Assembly: GCA_965202585.1 (NCBI GenBank) | Contig: OZ241833.1 | Coordinates: forward strand, 43,772,001 to 43,836,000 | Direction of reading: 5' to 3' | Source of the DNA: Thalia democratica | Lineage: Eukaryota | DNA length: 64,000 nucleotides | In this document: positions 49,573 through 62,750 of the stretch, in pieces | Layout: each line of letters starts with the position of its first letter | How positions within the stretch are numbered: the first letter of the stretch is position 1 | Program-made: the position numbers and the translations under genes | The notes under the pieces: generated by a model | Databases searched by the model: none | Seen by the model: only the letters and a program-made list of their open reading frames with translations | Told to the model about the DNA's origin: nothing

Positions 49573-50797
49573 ATGTATACAAAGCCACAGCCACATATAA
49601 GGGATACATTTGTTAAAGGGAAGTTTCTTTCAAATCAAGATGGCAACAAAACAAGTACAGCTTCCTGAAGAAATTACAAACAACAGTCCCGGCTAAAGTC
49701 ACTATATCAAATTCTCAAAAGTTTGAATTCTATTGAATTCTCAAAAGTTAAGTTGCAGATGCTATTTAAAATCAAACTACTCAGTACCCAGAATGGCAGA
49801 CAATTTCTCTATACGATATCTAAAAAGAATTGCTACTGTAGAAACGGACAGAGATAAAGCGATTTATGTAAGAAAAGTACTAACTTCCGTGTGCCCTTGT
49901 TTTATATCTAGTTATTTGTATTTCTTATTTATTTTTTGTAATTTTGTAAAGCTATTATAACCTATGTTATCCTAACTTTTTTTTTATCATTTTGTGAGTT
50001 TTTTTTTAAGTGTTTTTTTATTTTGACGAGTGTTTTTGCTTACTTTTCATTTTAGAATTAATCAATGTTTTTTATAATTACTTAGATTCATAATTACAAT
50101 GAGGAATGAATTACAAATTAATTAATTTCACGTTACTTGATCTTACGACAATATTTGTATTATTTTATTGTTACCTATATAACTCTGAGAATACTTTTAA
50201 GAGAATAAGTGTCAGCTAAAGTAACAATTGTCGAATAAAGTTATAATAAAGTTAAAGTACATTTATTTTGCACATAAAAACTCTGATTGTAAATTTTACT
50301 GCTGATCAAAGCTATTTAAGTTTAAATCTATAGATTAACTTTTTTTGTACTTTTCTTATACTAAAATGGAAAAAGTTTTAACTTAAATGTTCCTTTTTAG
50401 TACCTAAAACGTTTTAAGTTAAAACACTTTTACCTTACCTAGTTTATTTGTAACTTGACATTTAGAGATCTTTATACAGAATAATTAAATAATCTTAACT
50501 TATAAAAGCTTGTTTAAGTATAAAGCTTTGCAACGAAAATGACCACTACATTGGTTTTATTTCAAGCATTAATATAAAAAGTAAGCTGACAACTACAAGT
50601 ACATAAAAACCTACTATAAAAATATATACAAAATAATAATAGACTTTTTCAAAAGAATTAAAAATATTCAATTTTAATTAGTTTGGAAGATATTTTGTCA
50701 CAATGTTTTAAGAAGGAATACATATTTTCTAGAATATTACCAAACATAACATTTAAACAAAAACACGTGATGTAGCTTTTTTCAAGTGTTTGAAAAC

Positions 50798-50840
<43 letters not shown>

Positions 50841-50857
50841 TAAACATGTGTTTAGTG

Positions 50858-51099
50858 CCGAGTTTTCCAATGTGGGCCTTGACAGATACTCAGGGGGCAA
50901 CGAGCAGCAAAGGGGTAAGAGGGAGGCCATGAGGTCATAATTTGAAACTTACACTAGATATTCTTGAGTTGCAGATGAAGAGAAAAAAAAATGTTTTTGT
51001 GTTTTTTATCGTAGTTTACAAGTAATCTTGTTGAAGGGGGCCATGGCCTTTTCAATTTCTTTAAAGGGGGCTATTTGCAAAAAAATTAGGGAAACCCTG
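50858..51099. mobile_element. hAT-superfamily MITE, paralog of 30012-30250 at the same insertion site
   Basis: It has the same sequence and the same 8-bp TSD gtttagtg (50850-50857 and 51100-51107). Confidence 0.85.
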
Positions 51100-52626
51100 G
51101 TTTAGTGGTACTATTACAAAATCGCTTATTTATAACCAATATTTTACAATTATGTTATTAAAAACTTGTCAACTAACTTAAACAATACTAGTTTTAAATT
51201 TTCTTCCCTAAAGAGTTAGTCTTTAAAGAATTTCTGTGCAAGTGCTAGTCATAAGTTTATTTAACTCTAAATATATAAGTAATTAAAATGAAAATAAATT
51301 AAACTAACTTATATAAGTTCATACTTGAAATATTTTTCATCTACACAATAATATGCTTTATAAACAATAAGACTAAAAATTTTAAACCACTAAAACTTAA
51401 ACTAGTTATAAATACAACTTAGATACAATAATTTGACATATAAAATTTTAGATTATCAAAATTAATGTATATCACTAAATTATGTAATTTTGTGATTTTT
51501 ATTCAATTCAAATTTTTTTAGCTATTTACAAGTCTACTTGCAATGATAAAACTTTCATTTAAACTTGATGTTAGTTCGGGCAAATTGCTTATTAGGTTTG
51601 TTGGAGTGTCAGCTACATTTGGTCTTCTTTACTACTTGTCTCATCAAAATAAAACAAGCAAATTTTTAAAGAGTGGCGACGAAATATCCACAATAGTGAA
51701 AGAAAAATATAGTAGGTTGAATGGAAATAAAGCAGGGTCTGTAAATCATAACGTGAAAGTTGTTTCAAATTTTTGTGAATTGCATGCTGAAAATGATCAT
51801 CACAAAACAAACTTTGAATGTGAAGGCATTCAGACATTGGAAAATGATCAACAATCACCTAACACTGAAGCAACATTGACACGAAACAAGGAAAAAATGG
51901 TCATTTTGGATGAATCTGGTGTAGAATCAGAGGTTGAAAATAATGATACCAATAAAACTAACGATGACAAATCAGAAGAAAATAAAACTCATGTAAATGA
52001 AACCCACACAAAGCAAGACAAAAAGAGCTCAATGGAATCAATGATGCTCTTAATAATAGTGAAGACAAAAATATTGATGGAAGAAAAGAAGAACCCCCGT
52101 TGGCAAAAAAATCAACTGAAAAAGATACAGGAGAAGCTAGTGATCCTCAAAAATCAACCAGAGACAACAAAAGTGTTGATAAAGGAAATCAAGTTGTTCA
52201 AAATGAAAACTCTCACTAAATAGGAAGCGAAAAAGACCCAGCTGATTTTGATTGTTGTTTATTTAACTTTAAAATTTTTAGTCAGTATATAAAAGTTGAT
52301 TTGCAGCAGTTCAAAAAATTACGTAGATTGCTCAACGATCACAAGGGCAACAAAAAATAAGATTGAAAAGCTTTAAGAATATTAAAGTAAAATGTCAGAC
52401 TTTCGGTGAAGTTTACGAAGGAATTCAACAATGTTTATCGTACTGTGATCTGCGAAATTTAGTAAACCATTTATTTACTTTGAGAAAAAATCTATGGAAA
52501 AAAGTACAATCTGTAGAAGCATCCAGCAATAACTCAATAAGTAAAAACAATTATATAGTTACTGAAAGTACTAAAAAGTTGGTTGATGGAATAATCGAAT
52601 ATTTAGAACAGCTTAAAGTAGCAGTG

Positions 52627-55580
52627 AAACCAATGGCGGTTGGTGACTTAACATCCAAAGGTTAATTTACCCTAGCACATTCTTGCCCGGGGCTTAATTT
52701 AAGTGTGACTTTACTATTGGAATTTGACATATTTACTAATTTAGTCTAGACTTAGTATTACTAGATATAAATAACCAGGCACAACAATTGAGTGGGTTTC
52801 TCTTCTAAACGAACTTCAATGAACACAAAACCAATTGTAAAAGTCACAAGAACTATTAAATATGGGTAGCTGTCTAAATTGCGCGAGCGTACAAAATTGC
52901 ACGAGGGGACAAAATTGCACGAAAACACAAAATTGCACGAAGATACTTTTGCACGAAGACTAATTTGCACGACAGTACAAAATTGCACAAAGATAAAATT
53001 ACACGTAGACTAAATTGCACAAAGGTTCACTTTTGCACGAAGACACTTTTGCACGAGGGTATATTTTTGCACGAGCAGACAGTTTCGCACGCAGACACTT
53101 TTGCACGAAGGGTTATTTTTGCACGAGTGACAATTTAGCACGGAGGGTCAATTTTGCACGGGTTTTGTTTTCTTCCCAGGGACGGGTCAATATTGCACGT
53201 AGACATTTTTGCACGAGGAGACAAAATTGCAGGAGTAGACTCTTTTGCACGAAAAATTTATTTAATATTTTTAATAAGTAAAATTTATATAATATTTTAA
53301 AAATAAAAAGTAAAAACTAAAAAATTTAATAACTAAATAATAGAAAAATATGAAAAAAATTATATAATATTTAAAAAAAAATCTGAATTATAAAATTTAA
53401 TACCTAATTAATATAAATTAGAAAAAAAAAGTAAAAATAATAAATCAATTTAAAATAAAAAAAGTAAATAACTATTAAGTAGAAAATAACAAATCAAATA
53501 ATGAAAAAAAAATAATAACTAAATACAAAAAAAAGTATCTAACATTTTTAAGTAAAAAAAAATATTTTCCAGTAAATAAAAATTAAATGTTGAATAGATT
53601 AAAGTACAAAATAAAAAAATTCCGAATTTAAAAGTTCAGATAACTAAATAATAAATAAATTTTAAAAAAATAGAAAAAAAAAGATTTATAAAAATTAATA
53701 AATTGAAAAATAATTACATTAAATAAAAGTCCAAATTAAAAGTTAATAAAACAAATAAAAAAAGTCAAAATATATGATCTAAATAATAAAATAAATTTAA
53801 AAGGAATTTGAATAATTAAAAAAGTCATAATGAAAAAATTAAACAGTAAACAAAATCAATTAAAAAAATTTATATAAATAAAAATAAAACAAGATTATTA
53901 AATTAGATTCTAACCGTTATTAAAATATAATTACCAAAAAGAGTTTTGTTTATATTAATATTTTTTTTGTTAAAAATATAAACTAACTAATTGTAGCTGT
54001 TGTATTATTTTGTTTGTTTTATTTTAGTCAAAATCTTGTATCTCTTTTTTCTTCTAAAAAAGTAAGAAGGAAATTGCTTAAAACAGTGCTGTTTTGCAAG
54101 TCTAGTTTAGATAAAGAGAAAAAACAGAGCAGGAGAAATTTAAGGGCTAATCAGAGTAAAACGCGTGCAAAAGTGATGCAACTAAGATAAAGTTTAAACA
54201 AATAGAAATTAACGGTATGTAAATTATGTTTATAACTTTTATATAAAACTAAAAAAAAACAAGTATAATTTATGGAAGTACACAGCCATAACAGATCTTT
54301 CTTTACAATGCACAATAAAAATTTCATCAGACGGATTTTATCCTTTCTAAATTTATTTAGTTGTCTCACTATTTCGCATGCTCGTTTTTTTTTCTGTTTA
54401 AAAGTATCTTCGTGCAATTTTGTCCCCTCGTGCAATTTTAACACCTACCCATGTAAATATTATTTATTTATTTTATTTTTAATTCTGTTTTATTTCATAA
54501 TGAAGTTTAGTATAATTTTAGTTTAATTTAAGTTTACATCAATACATGTTTATTCTTTAATAAGGGATATTTTAATTAAAATAAAATTTCAGTTTAATTT
54601 TTATTAAAATTTTTTCCATTTATATTAGTTTTTAAAAACAATAATTTAGTTTCATTTCAAAAAAGCTATACAAATTAAAAAAATATATATAAATAAAATT
54701 AATATAAACCTAATTAAATTTAATTTAATTACACTAATACATTCTTATTATTTTTTTTTTAATATAAAGGTTTAATATATTTTTTTTTTAGTTATTTTAA
54801 GTTAGTATTTTTTTGTGCAAAATTGTAACTCGTGCAAAATTGAGCTTCCGTGCAAAATAGTCTTCGTGCAAAAGTATCTTCGTGCAATTTTGTTCTCGTG
54901 CAATTTTGTGTTCGCGCAATTTAGACCCGTTCCCATTAAATATGTAATTTTTGCACTAAATTACTGTATAATAACCACTATAAAAAACTCAATAATATTT
55001 TAAGAAACACTTAATATTAAATGCAAAACCAAGTTTTGAAAAATACAAGAACTATAAAAGTATGTCACTTATGTGAAAATGCTTTGTATTTAACCACTGT
55101 AAAAAATGCTTTTAATAAATTACTTGTTAAAGTAAAAAGAGCTATAAAAATGTACAGTAAGAGAATTACAAAACTTTCTTTAAATAACAATCTTTAAATC
55201 TAACAAATACTATTATAAATATATACACTAAAGCTTTATTAAACAAATCTATACCAATATTTAAGTGTCTTTCTTGTAAACAGTCTCTGCAGCTCCTGGC
55301 GGTTTAGCACACGACCCAGTCGGGACTATTAGCTTATGACTAAAAACAATAATAAAAAATTTCGTCAGTCAGTTTCATAAATGAGAAATGCGCTTTCATA
55401 CTTTTATTCTCTTTACGTCATAAAAGAAAATACGCTCTCATTCTCTTTCTTACTTTTTGTTACATCAGACTTTGCCCGTGTAAGAATTTCAAGTGCTTTT
55501 AATTAATAACTGCAATAACTCTTAATTTTCTCTTAAAAAAAAACGGTTTTCAAGTGAAACTTGGAATATCGTTAAAGCGA
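52627..55580. mobile_element. Unclassified insertion into A7 that hosts a Mutator-like element
   Basis: It interrupts the gene precisely. No TIR or TSD was recognised at the outer ends. Confidence 0.5.
52864..54934. mobile_element. Non-autonomous Mutator-like (MULE) element, 2071 bp
   Basis: An exact 9-bp TSD attaaatat flanks both sides. The TIRs are gggtagctgtctaaattgcgcga and reverse complement gggaacgggtctaaattgcgcga. Arrays of (a/t)ttgcacga subterminal repeats face inward from both ends. Confidence 0.9.
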
Positions 55581-57785
55581 TATGCTTCGCTGGTCAAAGC
55601 TTATTATTTTATAAAGTGAAACGTATTGACCATGCAGTTAAATTTAATAAACAACAAAATCTTTGTTCGGTTTTTAGTGAATACAAAGACAACTTGAAAT
55701 CTTCGCTTGAAAAACTTAAGAACTCTAAAGCGCTGAGTGTGGTTTACGATGTCGGAAACGACGTGATAGATATAATTAATTTGACTTGTTCTTTTTTTAC
55801 ATGGTATGAAGTAACTTTTGTTAAATATGTTTGAAAGTACTTTGTGAAATACTTTTGTGAGCTTTATATCATTAATTTATTGAAAACTATTGTATTATTT
55901 GTAAGTTAGTTTTTTGTTTTTTATATGTTTGTGTTTAAATTGTGTTTGTTGTAACTGTGTTTTTATTTTTATTTAATATAAAAAATCTCCGATATTTAAA
56001 AAAAATTTACTTGTTTTGAATAAGAAGTTTTAGAATAAACTAATTTAAAACAGCTTCATTGTGCTTATTTCTCAGTGTTATTGAAAGTTATCTGTTACCA
56101 CAAAGTATCTAACTGATAATCATTAAGTCATTAGAAGAACTCTAGAATATTTATCATACTAACATTAACATCAATAGTAGTTAAAAATAATAAAGTACAT
56201 CATATAAATTTTGAAAACTTTTTTTTTAAACGAAAAGATGTTTCTTGAAGCTTGATACCCCTTAGTTTAAACAAATAGATTTAAAAATTCGATACAATAG
56301 TTTCTGTAGAATTTTATTTTTATGTTCATAACTTGGAGCACATTTACAAAGCGTTTGTTAAAAATATTATCTATAAAAATGAATCTATTAAAACATTTAT
56401 TCAATAGCAATATAGCAATTAATTAGTTTAAAAAAGCATATTTAACGTAAATTTTAAAAACTCTGTATATCATCAACATTGAATGTGTAAAAGCTAATTT
56501 TAACTACTTAATACAATGTATGACGTAAACACGTCCATTTTTTTAGACACGTCGACTTCACAACAATATGCTTTTTAAATAATAATTATATAAATTAAAT
56601 TACTGATTGTTATTACTTTTGATGTTTATTTCTGATTTTCGGAAGACTAAAGTTTTTTTTGTCGTTTAGTCAAAAAGATTGTGATTAATAAAAATACCAG
56701 AGATCTATAACAGTTTATATTTTTTAACATACTGGCAACTAGTGTTAGATTGAGCAATAATTAAAGGTACTAAAGTTTTCATCTATTATTTAGCATATAG
56801 TCACTTTAATATCATGTTACTGTGATAAATAAAAACACACTATACATAGTTAGTGGTACTTTACTCCATTTCTTATACTTAAAGTATATTTATGGTTAGT
56901 AATTTAAAATTTTTGCAAATTCTGATGTGGTTTAGTTTTACTTATAAATTAATTTTTAGTTACACTACTTGCACTCCTTAGTGTAACATTTTTATAAAAA
57001 AATATTAAATTTTTAAAACAAACGTTAGGTGTTAAGGGAAAATTTAAATTTTTGAAAAATAATCAAAACACTAGCTGTGTATTTCCTTAAAAAAAAAAAA
57101 AACTATATATAAACTATGACTTCATTAACCATCAAAATAAAAGTTATTAAATTGAAAATAAAAAAAACTCACTTTATTCATATATTCTGTTAAAAGTTTA
57201 TAATATGTTATTATGCTAAACAAACACATGTTTTACTTAGTTATACTTTACTCTAATTCTTATACTTAAAATATGATTAACAAATTTATAAAAAAATATA
57301 TATTTTATGGTTAAGTTTTATTAATGGAATTAACTTATATTGTTTATATTATATATTGTATAATTTAAAAAAAATTATAAATCATTTTATTCAATGTTAA
57401 AATAAAAAAGATAAAATTTGTTATTGTAGAAAAAAACTAAGTACATTAATATTTACCTTTATAATAATATATAAACAAATAGATTTTATAAGTTCATTAG
57501 AAGTCAGAATAAAAGTTATAACGTTGAAAAAAATAAAAACTCACTTTGTTTTGTGTTTAAAGTGCATTAGAAACTTAATAAGTTGCTAATTATCTACATT
57601 ATTTACCATACATTAAAACTTTAAGTATTTGTTTATATTCACGAAATCCTGTTTTATTAATATATAAATTGTTTTAAAATAGCCTATATTCAGTATAAAT
57701 GTTACTAAAATCTTTCCTTAAATCTGAAAAAATTTTTTTTTTTTTCAATTTAAAACACTTTTATCTATTTACAAGTCTACTTGCA

Positions 57786-58110
57786 ATAATAAAGCTTTCA
57801 TTTAAACTTAATGTTAGTTCGACAAAGTTGCTTATTTGGTTTGTTAGAGTGTCAGCTACATTGAGAGCTCTTTTTTACTTGTCCCGTCAAAATAAATCAA
57901 AAAAATCTTTAAAAAGTTTTGACAAAATACCCACAAAAAATCAAAATTCTGGTAGGTTGAATGGAAATAAAGTAGGGTTAGTAATTCAAAATATGGAAAT
58001 TGTTTCGGATATTAGTAAGTTGCATGCTGAAAATGATCATCAAAAAACAAACTTTGCATGTGAAGGAATTCAGGCATTGGATAATGATCCACAATCACAA
58101 ATTTTTGTAT
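57786..58110 (+). pseudogene. 5' fragment of a membrane-anchored family gene (A8), tandem duplicate just upstream of A9
   Basis: ATG is mutated to ATA and the upstream acceptor AG to AT. The anchor is disrupted by charged residues (WFVRVSATLRAL). Homology stops at DNDPQSQ. Confidence 0.8.
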
Positions 58111-58237
58111 ATAAATTGTTCCAAACTAATTTAATAAAATATAAACACTTTAAAAACTTTTAAATATTAGGGTTTTTGTTTAAAATATTTTTTTAATCAA
58201 TTTAAAGCACTTTTAGTTGTATATAAGTTTATTTGCA

Positions 58238-59566
58238 ATGATAAAACTTTCATTGAAACTTGATGTTAGTTCGACCAAGTTGCTTATTGGATTTGTTGGA
58301 GTGTCAGCAACGTTGGGTGCTCTTTATTGCTTGTCTCATCAAAACAAATCAATATTATCAAAAAAATATTTAAAGAGTGACGATGAAGTATCCACAGGAG
58401 AAAGAGAAAAACCTGGTAGATTGGATGAAAATAAAGCAGGGTTAGTAAGTCAAAAAATTGAAAATGTTCACGAAATTAGTGAATTGCATGCTGAATATGA
58501 TCATCACAATACAAACTTTGCATGTGAAGGAATTCAGATGTTCGATAACAATTCGCAATCACCAAACACTGAAGCAACATTGACACAAAACAAGGATAAA
58601 ACAGTTAATTCGGGTGGCTCTGATGTTGAAAATAACAATAATGAAACTAACGATGATCATCCAGTAGAAAATAAATCTCCTGTAAATGATAAACCATTTA
58701 TACCTAGAACACAAGAGCGCAATGAAACCAATGAAGCTCCTAATAGTCGTAAAGACAAAAATATTCTTGGAAGAAATGAAGAAGAAACTACATTGGCAGA
58801 AGAATCAGCAGAAAAAGATATCGGAGAAGCTAATGATCCACAAAAAGATACCAAAGACAAGAAAAGTGTTGATAAACATAGTCAAAAAGTTCAAATTGAA
58901 AACTCAAACGAACCAATTACTAAAAATCAAGCCTTTGATATATTAAATTCTTATTATAGAAATTTTAAAACTCTCAGTCAGTATTTAAGTGTTGATAAAC
59001 AACAATTCAAAAATTTGCGTAGCTTGCTCGACTGTTATGTTGGCAAAAAAAGAAACAGGTTGATTGTGATTCAAAAAATAAAAAAACAATGTCAGAATTT
59101 TGATGAAGTTTACGAAAATATTCAAGGTAGGCTTAGGAATGCAGCTATACAAAGCATAGTGAACCAAATATTCGTTTTGAGAACTAATCTGTGGAAAGAG
59201 GTTAAATTTGTGGAAGCGCGCATCAGTAATTCAAAGGTCGCTGATGAAATTGAAAGTACTAAAAAGTTGGTTGATCGAATAATCGAATTTCTAGAAAAGT
59301 TTAAAAAGGCAGTAGACTCAGCGGTTAAAGCGGTAGATTTTGCGCACAAAGTCCTATTATGTAATGAATCTGATAAAACTGAAGATTTTAAATGGGCTCA
59401 TAGTACGTACAATAACAGTTTAAAGTGTTCGCTTGATACACTTGACACATGTAAATGCATTAGTCTGCATGAAGATATGAAAATTGGTATTACTTTCACA
59501 GCAAATGTAATTCCTTTCTTTTTTGATAAATTTAATAAAAGTATTGCTGAAATACTTAGAAAATAA
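58238..59566 (+). CDS. Uncharacterised N-terminally membrane-anchored protein, 442 aa (A9, subtype A, short form)
   Basis: Intact ORF from the family-conserved ATG at 58238 (the ORF-track start at 58217 is a TTG). It has one polar module, and its C-terminal domain is close to that of A5. Confidence 0.85.
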   Translation: MIKLSLKLDVSSTKLLIGFVGVSATLGALYCLSHQNKSILSKKYLKSDDEVSTGEREKPGRLDENKAGLVSQKIENVHEISELHAEYDHHNTNFACEGIQMFDNNSQSPNTEATLTQNKDKTVNSGGSDVENNNNETNDDHPVENKSPVNDKPFIPRTQERNETNEAPNSRKDKNILGRNEEETTLAEESAEKDIGEANDPQKDTKDKKSVDKHSQKVQIENSNEPITKNQAFDILNSYYRNFKTLSQYLSVDKQQFKNLRSLLDCYVGKKRNRLIVIQKIKKQCQNFDEVYENIQGRLRNAAIQSIVNQIFVLRTNLWKEVKFVEARISNSKVADEIESTKKLVDRIIEFLEKFKKAVDSAVKAVDFAHKVLLCNESDKTEDFKWAHSTYNNSLKCSLDTLDTCKCISLHEDMKIGITFTANVIPFFFDKFNKSIAEILRK

Positions 59567-62500
59567 TCTAAGTTAATACTTGTAGACTCTGAGCCTTAGA
59601 TAATCTGGTCCTTTGGAAAAACTTACTAGTTTTTGTTACGTTTCTTTAATATTTACATGTAACTTTATTTTTATTGACTCAGTTGAAGTTTGTTACTATG
59701 CTTTTTATTTTTTACAATAAAATTTTTGTTGATCGAACTTATAAATGCTAATTTGTTTTTAAATAAAAAAAGTTTTTAACGGACTTTTGTTATCAATTAG
59801 TAAGGGCTCAGAAAAATACAACTTCGCTTTAGCACGGATTAAAACTATAGCATGAAGTGTAACTTTTGCAAGCACGTTTGATTTTTTTTTTTTTATTAGT
59901 AGTTAAACAATAATTAACGTTAAACCAAACATTTTTAAATAGAACTTAATACAGTCAGCATCTTGTTGAATACGCATTTTAGGCACTTTATAGTGTTATT
60001 TCAAGGAGAAGAATACTTACCAAAGATAATTTTATTTAAATTTTTATCTAACTAAAGCAGAAATTATACTAGAAAGCTGGTCATCCGGTTTGATAGATTA
60101 CCATTTATACTAAAAGAAACCATTCGCAAGTAGCATAAAGTTAAAAAACATCTTTTCTAGGCTTGTCTCTTTGAAAAGAACTATGTTATAACATTTTGAT
60201 AGTTTTTTCTTTAAACTAACTCTACAAATTTTTTTGAGAATTTGACATTAAGAGTTTTGTAGACTATTTACACAAATTAAACACAGTTAAGATTTTATAC
60301 TAAAGGCCCAAACAAATTAAAAGTATGAAAATAGCTCTTTAGTCTAGCTAGAGATTTAAGTCATTTGAGCCTAGAGTTGTTTATAAATCACAAAACTCGA
60401 GAGCGAGCAAGTGGGTAAAAAGAAAAAGTACCTCAACTACTTATTATTTAATTACTTTTTTTTTTATGTCATATCTTAATTGGTAGCATACTTTGTAAAT
60501 GTTAAATTAATTTCATATGTTGTTAACTTATATTTAGAAAAAAAGTATAAAGTTTTTTGCTTGAACTGATTTTACAAAACTTATAAAGCGGTTTAAATGT
60601 TTAAAAACTTAGCAGTGATTTCAATGAAATATTTTTAGGGAGAACGATGTAATGCTACTTAGTTTTCTCGTTTTTTAGAACGTAATTAGTCAAAGCGTTT
60701 TTTTTTGTTTAGAAACGCATGCTTTGATTTATTTCGACTGGTTTCAAGTTTGTTGTTCTGGCTACTTGCAGCTATGATTTTATAGTCATTAAACTCGTTA
60801 CTTGCGAAACGATGTTGTATGTTTTAAGTTATACTGTTAAGCCGAGGAATTTCTCCTGTGGTGAATTGTTAGTAAAGTTTTGTTGTATTTGTTACTTTAT
60901 GTCTTAGTTTTTAATATTACTTTCTGTTTACATTTATTAATTATAAAACACACTTTTCTAATAACAAACTCGGTTTTAGTTTAAACAACAGTATAATTTC
61001 AGTAAAAACTTAATAAACCTATTAGGTTAAAAAACGTAAGTAGTTTAAAAGCTAACTAAAGTGTGTACATAAAATATAAAGCTTGAATGTCAGTTATTTT
61101 CCAGGCCCATGTTATATATATCAATAAGCACATACCTTAGTTGGTTTTAAATAATTGCATCGTATCGTGCGTTACTGAAGTTTTTAGCAATAGATTAGAT
61201 AAATTACAATCTTATTGCATAATTTTTAACAAGATTCGTGTCCGAATAATGAATTTTTAGTATAATTTACTTTATGTCTTACGAGCTTAATCTATTGTTT
61301 AACTTAGAAGTTATTTGTTGTATAATGTATGTAATGATTCTTGTTCTAGTGTGTATTTAAGTTTTTTTTTTGTTTTACACAAAAGTCGATGTAACATTTC
61401 AATTATTCATAATTAAATATATTAAAAATTTTATGTAAAAATATAAGCTAAAAATATTTAAAAAAATGTTTGAACTTTTTTATAGAGTAGTAATCTTAAA
61501 ACTTTAAATAAAAACTAAGTTTAAATAATGATACAAAATTTGTAGATTAATTCAAGTGAAATAAGAAATTGTATTGTTTTTATTGTTAGCAGTTAAATTT
61601 CTTTTGAAAAACCTATTGCTTTAACAGAGTATAACTAAAAATGGATTTTTAGACCTGGTAAAAAAAAAAACAATAAGTATCAAAGTGAAAATAAAAACAT
61701 GCGTCCGAAAAATAAAACTTAATTTAAAAAAAAATTTCCCTGAGTCGTCCGTATTTTCGTAATAACAAATTTTATTGTATATTTTTTACTCGACTTATAA
61801 CAGTTTAAAATTAGCTTTTATCTATATTTAATTGAATTTAAGTTTTATATCAAACATGTTTTACTTTTTACACAAGTTTAGTTTTAAATACTTTTAGAAC
61901 GTTATTTATTTTTAAACAGGTATAATTTATTTTTTTACAGATGTATTTAGACTAATTTTATCAATTTAGTTTAAATAGATTTTGAAAACAGTAAGCCGTG
62001 CAAAAGAGATGACTGGCGCAAAGTATGGTATCAGTAAAAATTGATGTCATGCAAACAGAATGCTTTAAGAGAAGTTCTGTCATAAGAAGTTATAATTTGT
62101 AGAAAAGTGGCACTGGAAAAATAACTCCCCGTGCAATTGATGCTGTGTAATAATGCCGTACTTAATTGCTTGGGTGGAAACTGATGGAGTGATTGATCCG
62201 GGTAGGAATTGATCGTTTGGGAGTTGATCGGTTGAAAATTTGCGCGAGTTAAAACTTGGCGGTTCCATGTTAAATGTTAACTTTTATTATATGAATTTTA
62301 TAAATTGACGCTTTTAAGGGTCTTATAAGGAAATCCAGATTAAAAATTGCTACATCCTTTGATAAAAATATTGAATAATTTTACTACTATTGAAAATAAT
62401 TTTAATAAAAAAGGTATGCTTATATGATGATGTTATTGATTAAAAGTTAGATTACGAAAAATCTTTGTGGTAACGTTTAACAAATTATAACACTAAAGAA

Positions 62501-62750
62501 TAAACCCGAAAAAAAAAGTTTTAAATTAGTTTATGTTATATGTTCTTATTTAAAACAACTAAAGTGTTTTATGATTAACAAAAAGTTTATTGTAGTAAAT
62601 TCAAGGTAAAAAGACTCCAAAAGTTCAAGCAAAAATAAAACAAAATCAATTTATACATAAGCATATTACAAAAAAAAACAAATAAATAATATAATCCATT
62701 TCAATAGATTTAGAATATAAAGCTCATAATAATATTTCAAAAAAGAAATT

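Larger units (their letters stand above)
51543..55834 (+). pseudogene. Membrane-anchored family pseudogene (A7, subtype B, short) with an approximately 2.95-kb insertion
   Basis: The N-terminus is intact, followed by a frameshift near 52000 and stops. Coding homology breaks at ...aaagtagcagt (52626) and resumes at atgcttcgctggtc (about 55581), the continuation seen in A4 (gcagtatgcttcgccggtc). It ends at ...TFVKYV*. Confidence 0.85.

Noticed and set aside
53015-55003. ORFs 52761-52988, 53015-53281, 54151-54444, 54272-54526 and 54815-55003
   Set aside because: They are translations of MULE subterminal ttgcacga repeats and internal filler.
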